Made by a program: the position numbers and the translations under genes | Source: Mobula hypostoma | Lineage: Eukaryota | Reading direction: 5' to 3' | DNA: 64,000 nucleotides | Assembly: GCF_963921235.1 (NCBI RefSeq) | Contig: NC_086109.1 | Coordinates: 22,074,001-22,138,000, forward strand | In this document: positions 23,600 to 37,423 of the stretch, one piece after another | Numbering within the stretch: position 1 is the first letter of the stretch | Layout: each line of letters opens with the position of its first letter | The notes under the pieces: model-generated | The model's database searches: none | Told to the model about the DNA's origin: nothing | Seen by the model: only the letters and a program-made list of their open reading frames with translations

Positions 23600-24225
23600 G
23601 TCGTTCAAAGTAAAATTTATTATCAGAGTGCGTACATGTCACCACATACAACCCAGAGATTCCTTTTCCTGCGGGCAAATCTGTGGAAAAATAACTATAA
23701 CCAGGATCAATGAAAGAGCAAGAGCCCAGATGACAACAAACAGTTGAACTGCAACTATAAATAAATAGCAATAAATAACGAGAGCATGAAATAACAGATA
23801 GAGTCTTTTAAGTGAGATCATTGGTTGTGGGAACATCTCAATGGATGAGTGTAATTATCCTCTTTTGTTGAAGAGCCTGATGGTCGAGGGGTAGTAACTG
23901 CTCTTGAAATTAGTGGTGCGAGTCCTGAGGCACTTGAACCTTCTGCCTAATGGTAGCAGTGAGAAAAGAGCATGGCCTCGGTGGTGAGGATCTTTGATGA
24001 CAGATGCTGCTTTCCTAAGACAGTGTTTCACGTAGACGTGCTCAATGGTTGGGAGGCCTTTACCCGTGATGTACTGGGCCGAATCCACTACCTTTTGTAG
24101 GATTTTCCATTCAAGGGCATTGGTGTTTCCATACCAGGCTGTAATGCAGCCAGTCAATACACTCACCACTTCACATCTACAGAATTTTTTCTAGATTTTT
24201 GATGGAATGCTGAATCTCCAACCGA
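23600..24225 (-). mobile_element. Rex1/Babar-like LINE 3' fragment
   Basis: ORF 23855-24169: SVLTGCITAWYGNTNA...DPHHRGHALFSLLPLGRRFKCLRTRTTNFKSSYYPSTIRLFN. Confidence 0.85.
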
Positions 24226-24984
24226 TATATTAGCAAGAATGCAGATCAGGTGGGTGTATCTCCAATTTTGCTTCTCTCATCAGTGGCCGTGGACGGAATC
24301 CGACAATTTTATACTTCAGATCTCAACCAGCTCATTCAGTGCAGGTGCTGCTAAGCCACTCATTGTGAAGGACATTGAAGTTCCCCATCTGGAATACATT
24401 CTCTGCCTTCACTAATATTAGATCTGGAGACAATGTTGCTCAGAAGGATCTTAGGAAATCAAGACTGAGTGCAAAACTTATGGTTACAGCCATCTTATTA
24501 GATGCTCATCATTGTACAGGTCAGACCAGGGTCAGCCCCTACTAGCAAGACAGGCAAATAAAAAGAAGTAACAGACAACTTGACCATGTGAACTCTTTAT
24601 ACTGAACCAGTTAGATAAGGAAACCCGTGAACAGGTACTCAGTCACACTTCCCCTTTGCAGATAAATAAATTACAGTGGTGTAGAAGCAAATATACAACA
24701 AGTTTACAGACTAACAGATGATGAGACAAACATGTAAGCAATTGTACGGAAAGCTAAAACTACCAGGAGAAACACGATAAAACAACCATCAGGACTCCAA
24801 TCCAACACTACCAAACCTGTTTCTTTCAGACTGGAGGGACACTTTAGCACTGATCAATGTAAGGTCAGAAATGGGAACATTCTCTAATGATTCCACTTGT
24901 TCACTTCCATTTCCTTCTCCTCAGATAATGGAGCAATTCCTTCTAATAGGCAACAAAACCTCAACATTAGGCGTGCAGCTGAGA

Positions 24985-25495
24985 ACATAGAGCACTATAA
25001 CACAGTACAGGCCATTTGGCCTAGGATGTTGTACTGATTTTAGACTACACCAAGATCAATCTAAGCCCTCACTCCCACAGAGCCCTCCGTTTTTCCATTA
25101 CCTATGTACCATTCTGAGAGTTTCTTAAATGTCCCTCATGTATCTGCCTCCATCACTACCTCTGCCATGCACCCACCACTCTCTGTGTGGAAAACTTAAC
25201 TCTGCCATTCTCCACTATACTTTCCTCCAAACACTTTGAAATTATGACTCCTCATATTAGCTATGCCTTCCCTAGGAAGAAGTCCCAGCTATCCACTTGA
25301 TCTATGCCTCTTACCATTACCTCTCATTCTCCTTTGCTCCGATGAGGGAAGCCCTAGCTCACTCAAACTATCCTCATAAAACACACTCTCTAATCCAGGC
25401 AGCATCCTGGGAAATTTCTGCTCCCTCTCTAAAGCTTCCACACCCTTCTTATAATATAGTGTCCAGAACTGAACACAACATTCTAAGTTTGGTCT
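24985..25495 (-). mobile_element. CR1 3' fragment
   Basis: RPNLECCVQFW...LER.Q.KFPRMLPGLE, plus a CR1 tail. Confidence 0.8.
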
Positions 25496-26499
25496 GAATG
25501 AGAAGTGGCAAGTTAAACTCATGCCATTAAAGTGCCAAGAACTGGCACAAAAGAAGTGTAACAATCTCCTAGCAACGTGTAATTGTGGCCCAATCTCCCA
25601 GCATTAACATCCTGGGTTCCAGTGAACTGGAGTAGACACACAATTGCCGTATTTCCAAGAGCAGATCAGTATAGATGGCTTTCAGTGAGTGACTTGCATA
25701 GTAGATTCAGATTCGATGTTTTTATTACATGTACAATGAAGCATCCAGAGACATGTGACATTTCCATTAATAACCAACACACCTAGGGATATTCTGGAGA
25801 TGCCACCCATTCCGGCGACAACACAGAATGTCCAAAATGCTTGGCAGAACAACACAGAACACAACAAGCAACAAAAGCAACAATCCCCAGCAAAACAATT
25901 CCTTTTCCTCCCTCCCGCCCACCAAACTAATGTAGACAGTCCTCCAACTCCAAAGCAACACACACAAAATGCTGGAGGAGCTCAGCAGATCAGGCACCAT
26001 CACCATAAACTGTCAACGTTCCGGGTCGAGCCCCTTCTTCAGGACTGAATGAATTGTCTCGGACTCCAGCTTCAAGACAGGTCTCCAGTCTTTCGCCATT
26101 GGTCTTTGGGTTCCGGACTTCAGTATTTTAGTATTCAATTCAATTCTAGCGTTCTAGCATTCAGGACACATTGTTAGAAATGTGGCACAATACTGTCCGT
26201 TTAGCATGGTGAATGCCACTCCATCTACACTCGACACTATCCAGAACAAATCAGCCCACTTCATTGGCAACTAATCTACCTCCTTAAGCAATCAGTCCCT
26301 CCATTTCCTGCCCGCTGTGGCTGCAGTGTGCATCAAGTACAAGCGAACTGCAGCAATTTATCAAGCTCTGCGGACAGCACGTTGAAAATCCACAACCTCA
26401 GCCAAAAAGAATGACAAGGGAGAAATAGGTTCCTCTCCAAGTCACACAGCATCTTAACATGGTGATGCATTACCATTCCTTTGTTGTTCCTGCATCAGA

Positions 26500-26778
26500 C
26501 ATATTTATTCAGAGATACAATGTAGAACAGGCTCTTCCGACCCAACTAGCCGCACCGACCAACACCCTGCCTACTTAAACCCAGACCAATTTACCATGAC
26601 CAAATAACCTACTAACAGGTACATCTTTGGACTGTGGGAGGAAACTGGAGCACCCGGAGGAAACCTATGTGGTCACGAGGAGAACGTACAAACTCCTTAC
26701 AGACTGCGCCAGAACTGAACTCTGGAACGCCCAGAGCTGTAATAGTGTTGTGCCAACCGCTACAGTACCGTGCGCCCC
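26500..26778 (-). mobile_element. tRNA-derived V-SINE-like element
   Basis: GGAGGAAACTGGAGCACCCGGAGGAAACC core on the + strand; tRNA-like head and CR1-like tail on the minus strand. Confidence 0.7.
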
Positions 26779-26911
26779 ACCCCCCACAAATCTTAGACCT
26801 CACGACCTAACAGCACTGAACACAGAACGAAGCACACAGAGCAATACAATACAAGGTCAGACCCTGTGGTCCACAATCTTCTGCTGAGTTAATTGATCTA
26901 GTGACCCCTGA

Positions 26912-27440
26912 ATCATAGAGCACTGCAACACAGAAGCAGGCTCTTCAGCCCATCTAGTCCGTCCCGGACTATTTCTCTGCCTAGTCCCATTGGCCTGCAC
27001 CCTCCATACCTCTCTCATCCACATACTGTACCTATCCAAACGTAAATGTTACAATTGAATTTGCCTCTACTACTTCCACTGGCAGCTCATTCCACACTTG
27101 CACCACCCTCTGACCTGAAGAAGTTCCCCCTCAGATTCACCTTTCACCGTAAACCTATGACCTCTAGTTCGAATCTCACCCAACTTGAGGAGGAAAAGCC
27201 TGCAAGCGTTCACCCTAGCTATATCCCTCATAATTTTGTATACTTCTATAAATTCTTCCCTCATTCTCCTGCACTGCAGTGAGTAAAGTCCTAACCTACT
27301 CAACCTTTCTCAATAACTCAAGTCCTCAAGTCCCTACAACATCCTTGTAATTTTTTTCTGCACTCTTTCAATCTTATTGACATATTTCCTGTAGGTAAGT
27401 GACCAGAACTGCACACAATATTCCAAATTTGACCTCACCA
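26912..27440 (-). mobile_element. CR1 3' fragment (same-strand CR1 remnants resume at about 28480-28985)
   Basis: LGLYSLQCRRMREEFIEVYKIMR...RTRGH, plus a CR1 tail. Confidence 0.8.
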
Positions 27441-28475
27441 ATGTTTCAGCAGCTCCAGGACAAACTCGGACTGCAAAAGAGTCATTTTTTCAGGTATCTC
27501 CAGCTAAGACACTATATAAGATCACATCTTTCTGGTTTTGAGACAGCAGAACTTGATAAATTAGATAATCATTTAAGATCATGTTTAGGGACAGAACACA
27601 TCATCGCCCATCTGTATGATGCCATACAACAATGGATAATATTAAAAAGGAGTGGGAAAAGGAGTTGGGTACAAAGATAGAGGGGATTATATGGAATGAG
27701 GCTTTGGAGTATGTTAACTCTTGTTCCATCAATGCCAGGCATTGTTTAATACAATTTAAATTCCTACATAGACTGCATTACTCAAAAGTAAGGATTCATA
27801 AAATATTCCCAGAGGTGTCCCCAGTGTGTGAGAAATGCAAGTCCTCGGAGGCAAATCTGTTACATAGTTATGCTTTATGTCCCAGGATACAAGAGTATTG
27901 GAAGCAAATATTTGAGGTCCTATCGAAGGTACTAAAGGTTCAGATAATACAGCACCAGAACCCACTTTAATAATTTTTGGAACTTCTGCGAGGTCAAATA
28001 AACTCCAGGCTACTCAGCAACAACTCCTGACCTATGGCATACTTAATGGAAAGAAACTCATACTGATGTTCTGGAAAAAGGAGGAAACTCCATCACTCAG
28101 ACAATGGCTGGCTGCATTAATGGATACTCTGCATCTAGAGAGGATAAGATACGTTACCAAGGACAGACTCAAGGAATTTGAAAAAGACCTGGCAACCATT
28201 ACTGTTGTATTTAGAAGAGACCGACAGCTGAACTAAGTGTCGGGGGGCGGTAGGACCTAAACAGCACATACAGAAGGGGTGAGGGGAGGGTAGGGCTGGG
28301 AAGGGGAAAAGAGATGGAGTGGTAGGGTTTCCTTTGCTTTTTGCTTCTTCACTATACATACATTCATTTGATTTTCATTATGTTGTTATAAGAAAGAAAA
28401 GAAAAAGAAGCATTGTACTTTAGGACATTGTCTGTTGTGGTTAAGCTGATGTTGTTTCACAATAAAAACGTTTGA
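27441..28475 (+). mobile_element. L1-clade LINE ORF2 C-terminal fragment and 3' UTR
   Basis: SHFFRYLQLRHYI...WEKELG...CSINARHCLIQFKFLHRLHYSK...CEKCKSSEANLLHSYALCP (CCHC zf-RVT). AATAAA at 28461. Confidence 0.85.
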
Positions 28476-29759
28476 TACTCCAGCTGCAGTTTTCTGAGCC
28501 CATCTCCCCAGCTGGTTCAGATCATCCTGCATGCTTTGATTGCCTTCCTCACTGTCCATTAAGCCCCATTCTTGGTTTCAGCGGCAAATGTTCTGATCCA
28601 ATTTACCACATTATCATCTAAACCATTAATATAGATGATAAACAGCTACAGACCCAGCCCTGATCCCCATGGCACTCCACTAGTCACAGGTCTCCAGTAA
28701 GAGAAACGACCATCTAATACCACTCCCTGGCCTCTCCCGCTAAGCCAAAGTTGAATCAATTGACCTCTTCAACCTGATTATCAAGTGACTTAATCTTCTG
28801 AACCACCCATGCAAGACTTTGTCAAAGGTCTTGCTAAGGTTCACGTAGGCAACAGCCACTGCCTTTTCCTCATCAAGATCTTCCTCCATCTCTTGTGGCT
28901 TCGTGCATAGATGACCACACTAATCTTCAAGAGGACCAATTTTATGCCTTGCTATTCTTTTGCTTTTAATATGGCCATAGAAGCCTTTGGGGTTTATTGC
29001 CCTTTCAGCAAGAGGCAACTTTGGATGAGCTTTAAATGTTGGCCAAATCATTCCATGAAGCAATAAAAACAACGTTAACACATTTCTGTATATTTTATAC
29101 ATCTCTGCTTTATATATCAGTCTTAGTTTTAATCTCTGTATTATTCATGTATCCCTGCATTATATAATTAAATATGCCTCTGCATGCTTTATCCATCTCC
29201 AATATTACATTAATCCCCATATTGTACTCATAAAGAATACAATTCATTCATCACTCACAAATCTTCCACAGTGTGACGGATAGGGGTGTTAGGAAAAAGT
29301 GTGATGCAGGAAGTGTGACAATGAATTGTTACATTACAGTGAATGCGACACATATAGAAGTGTGTTCTCTGTGCATTGAATTTTAATATATAAACCTCTG
29401 ATCATTTCACTTGCGTCATTTGTCTCCACTGCCTGTTTATTTTCTCCTTGCAAAATCTGAACTGGCTCCTAATCTCACTGACATATCCAATACTTACATT
29501 TTCAATAGCAATTTATTGACCAACTGAATTCTCCAAAAATCAGATAATGAATTTTCTTAGACCTTGATCCAGAACATAAATCATGAATATCATCAATTAG
29601 TTGTTGGCAGCTTAGGAATTGCTAAGTTAAATTTATTCTGCAGTTTTCAACTAATATTCCTAGCTAGTGTAATGCTATATAGAAAAACTAAGTTTTATTG
29701 CAATTTGAGCATAAATAAATTAGCAGGTTGCTCCAACATTTTACATTTGTATTATGCCT

Positions 29760-30155
29760 TTTGGATGGTGGAGTGGAGATATGTCTCTAGCAAAAGAGGT
29801 GTAAGATGCTCCTTCCCTCCGTTAGGCTACAGGTCACCCTTGGGCAAGGTGTAGCGTCTGCTTAGCCCCCCCCCCCTGTCAGGGTCATGCGAAGCCATTG
29901 GGGGAGGTGGTAGATGGTCATATGAGCATCTGGTGCATATCACAAGTCCTGCTTATGTGACCATCGACACCAGGCAGACAATCTCTGAAGAGTACTGATA
30001 ATGGCTGGGGTCACCCATCTTGAAAAGACACTGCCCAGAAGAAGGCAATGGCAAATCACTTCTGTAGAAAAATTTGCCAAGAACAATCATGGTCAAAGAC
30101 CATGATCACTCATGTCTCATGACACAGCACATAAAGATGATGATTATGATGATTA
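29760..30155 (+). mobile_element. RTE/BovB-related short non-autonomous element
   Basis: Contains GAAGAAGGCAATGGCAAATCACTTC, similar to the BovB/RTE motif GAAGGCAATGGCAACCCACTCC. Ends in a (GAT)n tail. Confidence 0.55.
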
Positions 30156-31327
30156 TGCCTTTAGCTTTGGTGTTGGTATACTTTTGCCTCTAAAACAGAA
30201 GATAGTGAATTTTAATCCCATTGCAGCAAAATAGGCGCATGGTTTAGGCTGAAGACTGAAAGAATTGCTAGTAGGAAATGATAAATTTAAATCCTGTTTG
30301 TTCTCACCAAAGCATTCAAAGGTTTTCAAGAAAAATTGGGAATTCTCCCATTTAATATTTATCTTCAAACAATAATACTAAGATTATGATCATCTTGCTG
30401 TTTCTGGGATACCAGTGGGTGAAATTACTGCAGCATTTTCAATATTACTGTAAAAACTACATTGTTTTTGTCTGTAAAGATTTTTAGGACATCCTATAAT
30501 TATGATAGGCTCCATAATATTGCAAGCTTTCCTTCCTGCTTTATGTGTTGCAACTTCCAAATAAAGGGAAATTATTCTCTTTCATAATAAATTTGATTAA
30601 AATTTTAAAAATGTGTAATAAAAAGCAATTGATTCAACCTGTCCGTTCCATATTTTAATACTCAAGACAATCGCTAGAAACACTGCCTTGCCTTTCACCA
30701 TCTCTGTCATTTTCCAAAGCCACAGAACCCTCCACTAAATTTGTTCTCCCTCATTTCTGTTTTATTGAGCACCACCAGTTTTAATCATTCCACTATTGAT
30801 AGCCAAGGCAGACTCAGAAATTCCCTTCATAAGCTTTTTCTCCTTCCTCCTTTAAGACAATCCTTCATCTTTCAGCATCACTGTCAGATTTTATTTGATA
30901 TCATGACAGTGAAGCACTTTGGGAGATTTTACAATGATTAACTGATATGTAAATATCAGATTTCGGTGATGCCTTGTTGCTTTCCAGGATTGAAACAGAA
31001 TATAACATTTAGGTCCCTAACATCGTTACTGTCATCAAGCTTACAGCACTGAAACAAACCATTTAGGCTAACTAATTGACATGCAACATTAACCTTCCCC
31101 GTTTGCCTTCTATCTGCCCAATCAGCATATCTTTCTTTTCCTTCCTCCTTCCATTATATTTTGTGCACAAAATCTGGAGCCCCCTACCTGGTACCTTGGA
31201 ACAACCATGACCACAACGACCATGATATATGTTATTTAATAGTTACCTATTGTATGAGGTGATCTCCTTCCTAGTTAGTGAGTGGAACAGTTGAGCTTGG
31301 AAGGAAAATAGCAAACCAGCACTCACT

Positions 31328-31782
31328 TGTGTGCTGGGGCAGCAGGCTGAGGGTAGCAGACACCAACAGGATCAACAAACTCATTTGTAAGGCCAGTGAT
31401 ATTGTATGGATGGAACTGGACTCTCTGGCGGTGGTGTCTGAAAAGAGGATGCTGTCCAAGTTGCATGCCATCTTGGACAATGTCTCCCATCCGCCACATA
31501 ATGTACTGGTTGGGCACAGGAGTACATTCAGACAAAGACTCATTCCACCGAGATGCAACACAGAGCGTCATAGGAAGTCATTCCTGCCTGTGGCCATCAA
31601 ACTTTACAACTCCTCCCTTGGAGGGTCAGACACCCTGAGCCAATAGGGACTTATTTCCTGGCATAATTTACATATTACTATTTAACTATTATGGTTCTAT
31701 TAATATTTAATTATTTATGGTGCAACTGTAACGAAAACTAATTTCCCCCAGGATCAATAAAGTATGACTATGACTATGACTG
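31328..31782 (+). mobile_element. Rex1/Babar-like LINE 3' end (second family)
   Basis: VCWGSRLRVADTNRINKLI.KA...ILDNVSHP.H...PRCNTERHRKSFLPVAIKLYN, then AATAAA and a (TATGAC)n tail. Confidence 0.8.
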
Positions 31783-32519
31783 TAAAGTGGACAATATGTC
31801 CCGTGCATTTTTCATAATGAAAAGAAAGCCAGCTGATGTATAATATCATACCATTGCCCAATTCATATATGAATTTTTTTCAGCCCATCTATTTAATTAA
31901 GTTAATTTGCACCTTGCACAACATTTATTCTCTTTGTTATTCTATAAGTGAATAAAATTTGTCCTGAGTGTATAGTTCATGACAGTCTACAGTTTCAATC
32001 CTTTAAACCTACCTAGATTCTAATGAATTTAAAAGCGATTGGGGTTCCTGAGAATCAATACCCTTGTCTATGGTGGATGCAATCTCATTTGCTGGAGAGA
32101 GTATTGAATAATTAAGAGACACAACAGTGGCACAGGGAACTTAAATTGCCAGAATGTGGAATTGGTGCTGGTTAGTGAGAAGAGGTAATTAGGAGCAGAA
32201 AATGATTTTCCAGTGGCCCCTCCTGTCCAGCTTTTTAATTTAACATAGTGGTGCTAGTCACAGTTATTAATTTAATCATTTTGTTCATTTAAGTGATGCG
32301 GTTTATTAGTATATTATTGAATGCGCTTCATTAATTTGCATCCTGTTACTTTTAAAGACACTATTAGACATATAGATGTAAAGTATAATTTCAGTTACAA
32401 GCAATAATGTACATGCTGGCTTGCCTCTTATTCCTTTTCTTTTCCTCATTTGCCCATCAGCTCTCTCTGGTGCCCTGCCATCTTTCCTTTCTCCCTTTAC
32501 CTCTTCTCCCAAACTTGCT

Positions 32520-32903
32520 TACGGCCCATTATGCCGCTGGCATTCAGGGCAGCACTGACGGTCCTCCATCTCTGGCGGTGTTCAGAGCTTCCTTCTTTGT
32601 GCCAGTAGCTTCAACTTCTGTCGGTTTTCATGCAAATCCTGGGTGGAGACTCGGGTGTGGAAGGATTCTTCACTGTTGCTTCCTTAATAATTTTGTTTTA
32701 CCAGTCAGGGATGTTAGCCTTGAACAGAACCCCTAAACCTAGAGGACAGGTGGACCACCCCGGGTCTGGCCTCTATTCTTTGACCTGTCTAGCATGGGTG
32801 ACCCTACCAAAGAGCCAAAGCATAAAGCCCTGACTCCAGCCAACAGAGCTCTCTGGGTCACTGAGACTCCAAACCATGATGAGGTTGTGGTCTTCTTGGA
32901 GGT
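32520..32903 (-). mobile_element. RTE (Expander/Rex3-like) non-autonomous element inside a PLE 3' remnant
   Basis: GACCTGTCTAGCATGGGTGACCCTACCA is the reverse complement of an RTE 5' UTR motif. The flanks (about 32410-32520 and 32905-33190) are pyrimidine-rich PLE 3' sequence. Confidence 0.55.
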
Positions 32904-33354
32904 CTTCTATTTATCACCTCCAGGCTTTTAACTTCAAACCCCTTGCCCCACCCATCTCCTCCCCCCCCCCCACCTACTGATTTCACTAATCACCTGTTAG
33001 CTTATTCTCCTTCCTCTCCAACCACACCTTTTTTATTCTGGCTTCTTCCCCTTCCCTTCCAGTCCTGATGAAGGGTCTCAGCCCAAAACATCAGCTGTTT
33101 ATTTACCTTCATTGATGCTGCCTGACCTGCTGAGTTCCTCCAGCATTTTATGTGTTGCTCTGGATTTGCACCATCTGAAGAATTTCTTGCATTCCTAACC
33201 TGGGCTGTCATTTTGCTATTATTTAACTTGATATGGTATAGCAATTCCAGTATATACAGTATATATACAGGAATATATACAGTATATATTCCTGATCATT
33301 TGAGAAACAGATTCAACTTATAGGAGATGATCCTGAGCTTATGAAAACTTTGAT

Positions 33355-35580
33355 TGTAGAATGATTTGTTTAATTAACAATCAAAGTAAATATCAAAAAA
33401 GAAAGGTCTGGTCCATGGGTTGAGATTTTAAATTGGGGAAAAGCCAATTTTGATGGTATCGGAAAAGATCTGGCAAGTGTGGATTGGGACAGGCTGTTTT
33501 CTGGAAAAGGTGTACTTGGTAAATAGGAGGCCTTCAAAAGCAAAACTTTGAGAGTACAAAGTTTGCATGCGCCTATCTGAATAAAAGGTAAAGTTAACAG
33601 ATTCAGGGAATCAACAGGAATTCTGCAGATGCTGGAAATTCAAGCAACACACATCAATGTTGCTGGTGAATGCAGCAGGCCAGGCAGCATCTCTAGGAAG
33701 AGGTACAGTCGACGTTTCAGGCCAAGACCCTTCATCTTTCAAGTGATATTAAGGCCTTGGTTAAGAAAAGAAGGTATATAGCCAAGCAGGAACAAATGAG
33801 ATACTTATGGAGTATAAGGAATGCAAGAGAAGACTTAAGAAAGAAATCTGGAGGGCAAAAAGAAGGCATGAGGTTGCCCTACCAAACAATGTGAAGAAGA
33901 ATCCTAAGGGATTTTACAGATATGTTAAGAGCAAAAGGATTGCAAGGGACTAAATTGGTCCTCTGGTAATTAATGCATGGAGCCAAAAGAGAGGAGAAAG
34001 ATCTTAAATGAATTTTTTGTATCTGTATTTACTTGGGAGACAGGCACTGAGTCTATAGGAGTGAGGCAAAGCAGCAACGAGGTTACGGACCCTATACAGA
34101 TTACAGAGGATGAGATGTTTACTGTCTTGAGGCAAATTACAGTGGATAAATCCCCAGGGCATGACAAGATGTTCCCTCGGACCATATGGGTGGCAAGCGC
34201 AGAAATTGAAGGGGTCCTAGCAGAGATATTTAAATTATCCTTAGCACCAGGTGAGGTACCGGAGGATTGGATGTTGTTCTGTTGTTTAAGAAAGTCTCTA
34301 AAAATAAACCAGGAAATTATAGGCCAAAGTAGCCAATAGGCACTGGAAGGTATTCTCAGGGAATATATATGAGTATTTGGATAGACAGAACCTGATTAGG
34401 GATAGTCAGCATGGCTTTGTGTGTGGTAACTTGTGTCTAACCATTCTTACATAGTTTTTCGAGGAAGTTACCAGGAAAGTTGATAGCAGCAAGACAGTAG
34501 ATATTGTCCGCATGGCATTTAATAAGGTCCCTCATGGGAAGTTGCTCAGGAGTGTTCAGTCACTCGGCATTTAAGATGAGGTAGTAAATTGGAGAAGATG
34601 GCTGCCTCTCTGATTGAAGGACTGTGACCAGTGGAGTGCTGCAGGATTTGGTACTGGATTCATTGTTGTTTGTCATCTGCATCAATGATCTGGATAATAA
34701 TGTGGTTAACAGAATCAGCAACCTTGCAGATCACTGCAACATTGGAGGTGTAGTGGACAGCAAGGAAGACAAACAGTGGGATGTGGACCAGATGGAAAAA
34801 ATGGGATGAGAAACGGCAGCTGGAACTTAACTGTGACAAGAGCGAGGTGTTGCACTTTGGTAGGACCGATCAGGGTAGGTCTTACACAGTGAACATTTAT
34901 ATACTGAAGAGTGTTGTAGAACAAAGGGATCTGGGAATGCTGGTCCATAATTCATTGAAAGTGGCAGCACAGGTAGATAGGGTTGTAAAGAAAGCTTTTG
35001 GTGCATTGGCCTTCATAAATCAAAGTATTGATTATAGGAGATGAGATGTTCTATTAAAGTTCTATGTTGGTGAGGCCTAATTTGGAGTATTGAGTGCAGC
35101 TTTGGTCACCTACCCACAGGAAAGATGTAAATAAGGGTGAAAGAGTACAGAGAAAATTTACAAGAATGTTGCTGGGTCTTAAGGACCTTAGTTATAAGGA
35201 AAAATTGAATAGGTTAGGACTTTATTTCTTGGAACATAGAAGATTAGGAGATTTGATTATGAGGGGTATAGATAGGGTAAATGCAAACAGGCTTTTTCCA
35301 CTGAGGATGGGTGGGACTACAATTAGAGCTCTTGAGTTAAGGTTGAAAGGTGAAAGTTGTAAGGGGAACATTAGGGGAAACTTCTTCACTCAGAGTGTCG
35401 TGAAAGTGTGGAATGAGCTGCCAATGCAAGTGAGAGAAGTTTGGGTAGGTACATGGATGGTAGAGGTATGGAGGGCTATGGTTTGGATGGAGGTTCATGG
35501 GAGTCGGCAGTCTAAATAGTACGGTGCTGAGTAGATGGGCTGAACGGCCTGTTTCTGTGCTGTACTGTTTGATGACTCTA
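33355..35580 (+). mobile_element. CR1 LINE, degenerate ORF2, interrupted by a PLE end at 33612-33736
   Basis: ILNEFFVSVFT, DKSPGHDKMFPR, TSGVLQD.VL..LLFVI.INDLD, GNFFTQSVVKVWNELP, plus a CR1 tail. Confidence 0.9.
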
Positions 35581-37019
35581 ATTAAAAACCTGAAGAAAAC
35601 CATATAATGTACGATAAGTGATGGCTTAGTCCACTAACTGAAAACAACACCTATCTTTAAACTGAGAATAAAATGTTTTCTCTGTAAACTACTAGAATTT
35701 GCATATGTTCTTCTCTCTGAACGCCATGCCTGTTTGCAACCATCATCTCGTCAGTTCTTGCTTCTAGTCTCATCGTAACACACTCCATAGACAAATAACT
35801 GTGGGCTACAGCGCAATCAGAGCAATACTGATGTAATTTGCTGTACACAAGAATACCAGGTGGAAAGAATACCAGTAATTGAGGCGCCAGTTTCTCCTAA
35901 TCCTGACCACATTTGTTCCTGTGCCCTTAAGTAGTCTGTCTTCTTCCACGCAGTCAGTCACTCATTTTTTCAGGTTTATTTTCACCCAAACCTAACTCAA
36001 TTTTTATGCGCACAGGGGTTTTATTAGCCTAGAGTGTGTTAGATTTTAAGGACCATCTTTAAAGAAGAGAGAGGAAGGAGAGAAGGTAAAGAGGTTTAAG
36101 GAAGGACTTCAAGAAAGAAGGGCCTATTGGGTTGAAAATACAACTTTTACATTTAATTGACATTCGAAAGACAGTAAGATTCTATGGATTGGATACCCCC
36201 AGAATCGTCTGCGACAGCCAGAGGCTGCAGTAGCATCAATAACCACAAGAGGAAGCTAATAGGTTTCTGCTATCCACCGCACGCTTAAGGCTGGTCTCCT
36301 GAAGAGGAATCAGAGCGTGACCTATATTGAAGAAAAAATATATAAACCGGGGTAGTTTTCTGTGTTGTAGCTGTATGGCTACTGGGATTTAAATTAAAAC
36401 TTCTGACAAATATGTTCTATCGTACAACATGAAAAAAATAACTTAAGATGGTTCCGACTCTCTTGGAAGAACTCAGCGGGTCAAGGAGTACTTGTGGGCG
36501 AAAGGGAATTGTCAATGTTTCGGGTCAAAACCCGGCATCGGGACCTGCTAAGTTCCTCCGGCAGATTGTTTGTTGTTCCATATACCTGCCTCGGTAGTCT
36601 TGGGTATCTGTCCCTCTGATCTTACGGCGTGTCGATCTTATGCTAGAAAATATCAAAGGATATTATTCAAACTGTAAAGACTCCGATCATAATATGTAAT
36701 GTGAGGCCAGAATGAGAGTAACAACAGTATTTATACAATATAATTTATATAACAGAGAAAAATGTTACAAGATATAAAATCATGACCAACAATGGCTGAA
36801 CGCTGAAAATTGCTCAGAACAGCAGGACTAAGATTTCAGAAGGTTCTCTCAGGAGGACTATTCCTGCTTTAATTTGCCGAGGAACCGGCACAAAGTGTTG
36901 AAGGAAATCAGCAGAGCCATGGGGAGGAATAAACAGTCGATGCTTCGGGTCGTGAGCTGGGTTTAAGGCTTAGGGGGATTTGACAAGAATAAATATTTGT
37001 TGGACTAGGTAGGACTCCC

Positions 37020-37423
37020 AGAAGGTAACCGATCCTCACCACCGCCTCAATGCACCCGGAGGGAAGGGGCGGAGTCTCACAAATGGGCGGGACTCCAACC
37101 CTATGTTGACGCTGCTGATTGGCTGAGTGGACCCCGCCCAGAACTGAACGTCGCCTCCCGCCTGATAACGCGATGACATCAGCAAGCACGGAGGACCGAC
37201 GGAGCCCGGAGAAGCTGACAGGGGAACCGGGAGCGGCAGCCGGCCACCGAGAGCCCCGAGCTTTGAGTCCGTGGAAGGAGCGAGAATAAGCAGTCGCAGC
37301 AGCGCAAGCGGAGCCTGGGAGCAAGGGGTGGGGGAGGAGTCCGGGAGCTCAGTGTAAGCCCACGGACTGGGACCCCGGGGCTCGCTGTGATGCGCTCCCG
37401 GTGACCCGGCCCGAAGCCCCGCC
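37020..37423 (+). promoter_or_regulatory. CpG-island promoter and 5' UTR of MAGI3
   Basis: CpG-dense from about 37020 to 37740. GC boxes at 37066-37075, 37084-37093 and 37131-37140, inverted CCAAT (CTGATTGGCT) at 37115-37124, CRE-like TGACATCA at 37174-37181. No TATA box seen; TSS not determinable. Confidence 0.8.

Noticed and set aside
23855..24169. ALKBH8-like (DUF1891) host gene
   Set aside because: The peptide recurs in many degenerate copies with tandem-repeat tails; it is a LINE C-terminus.
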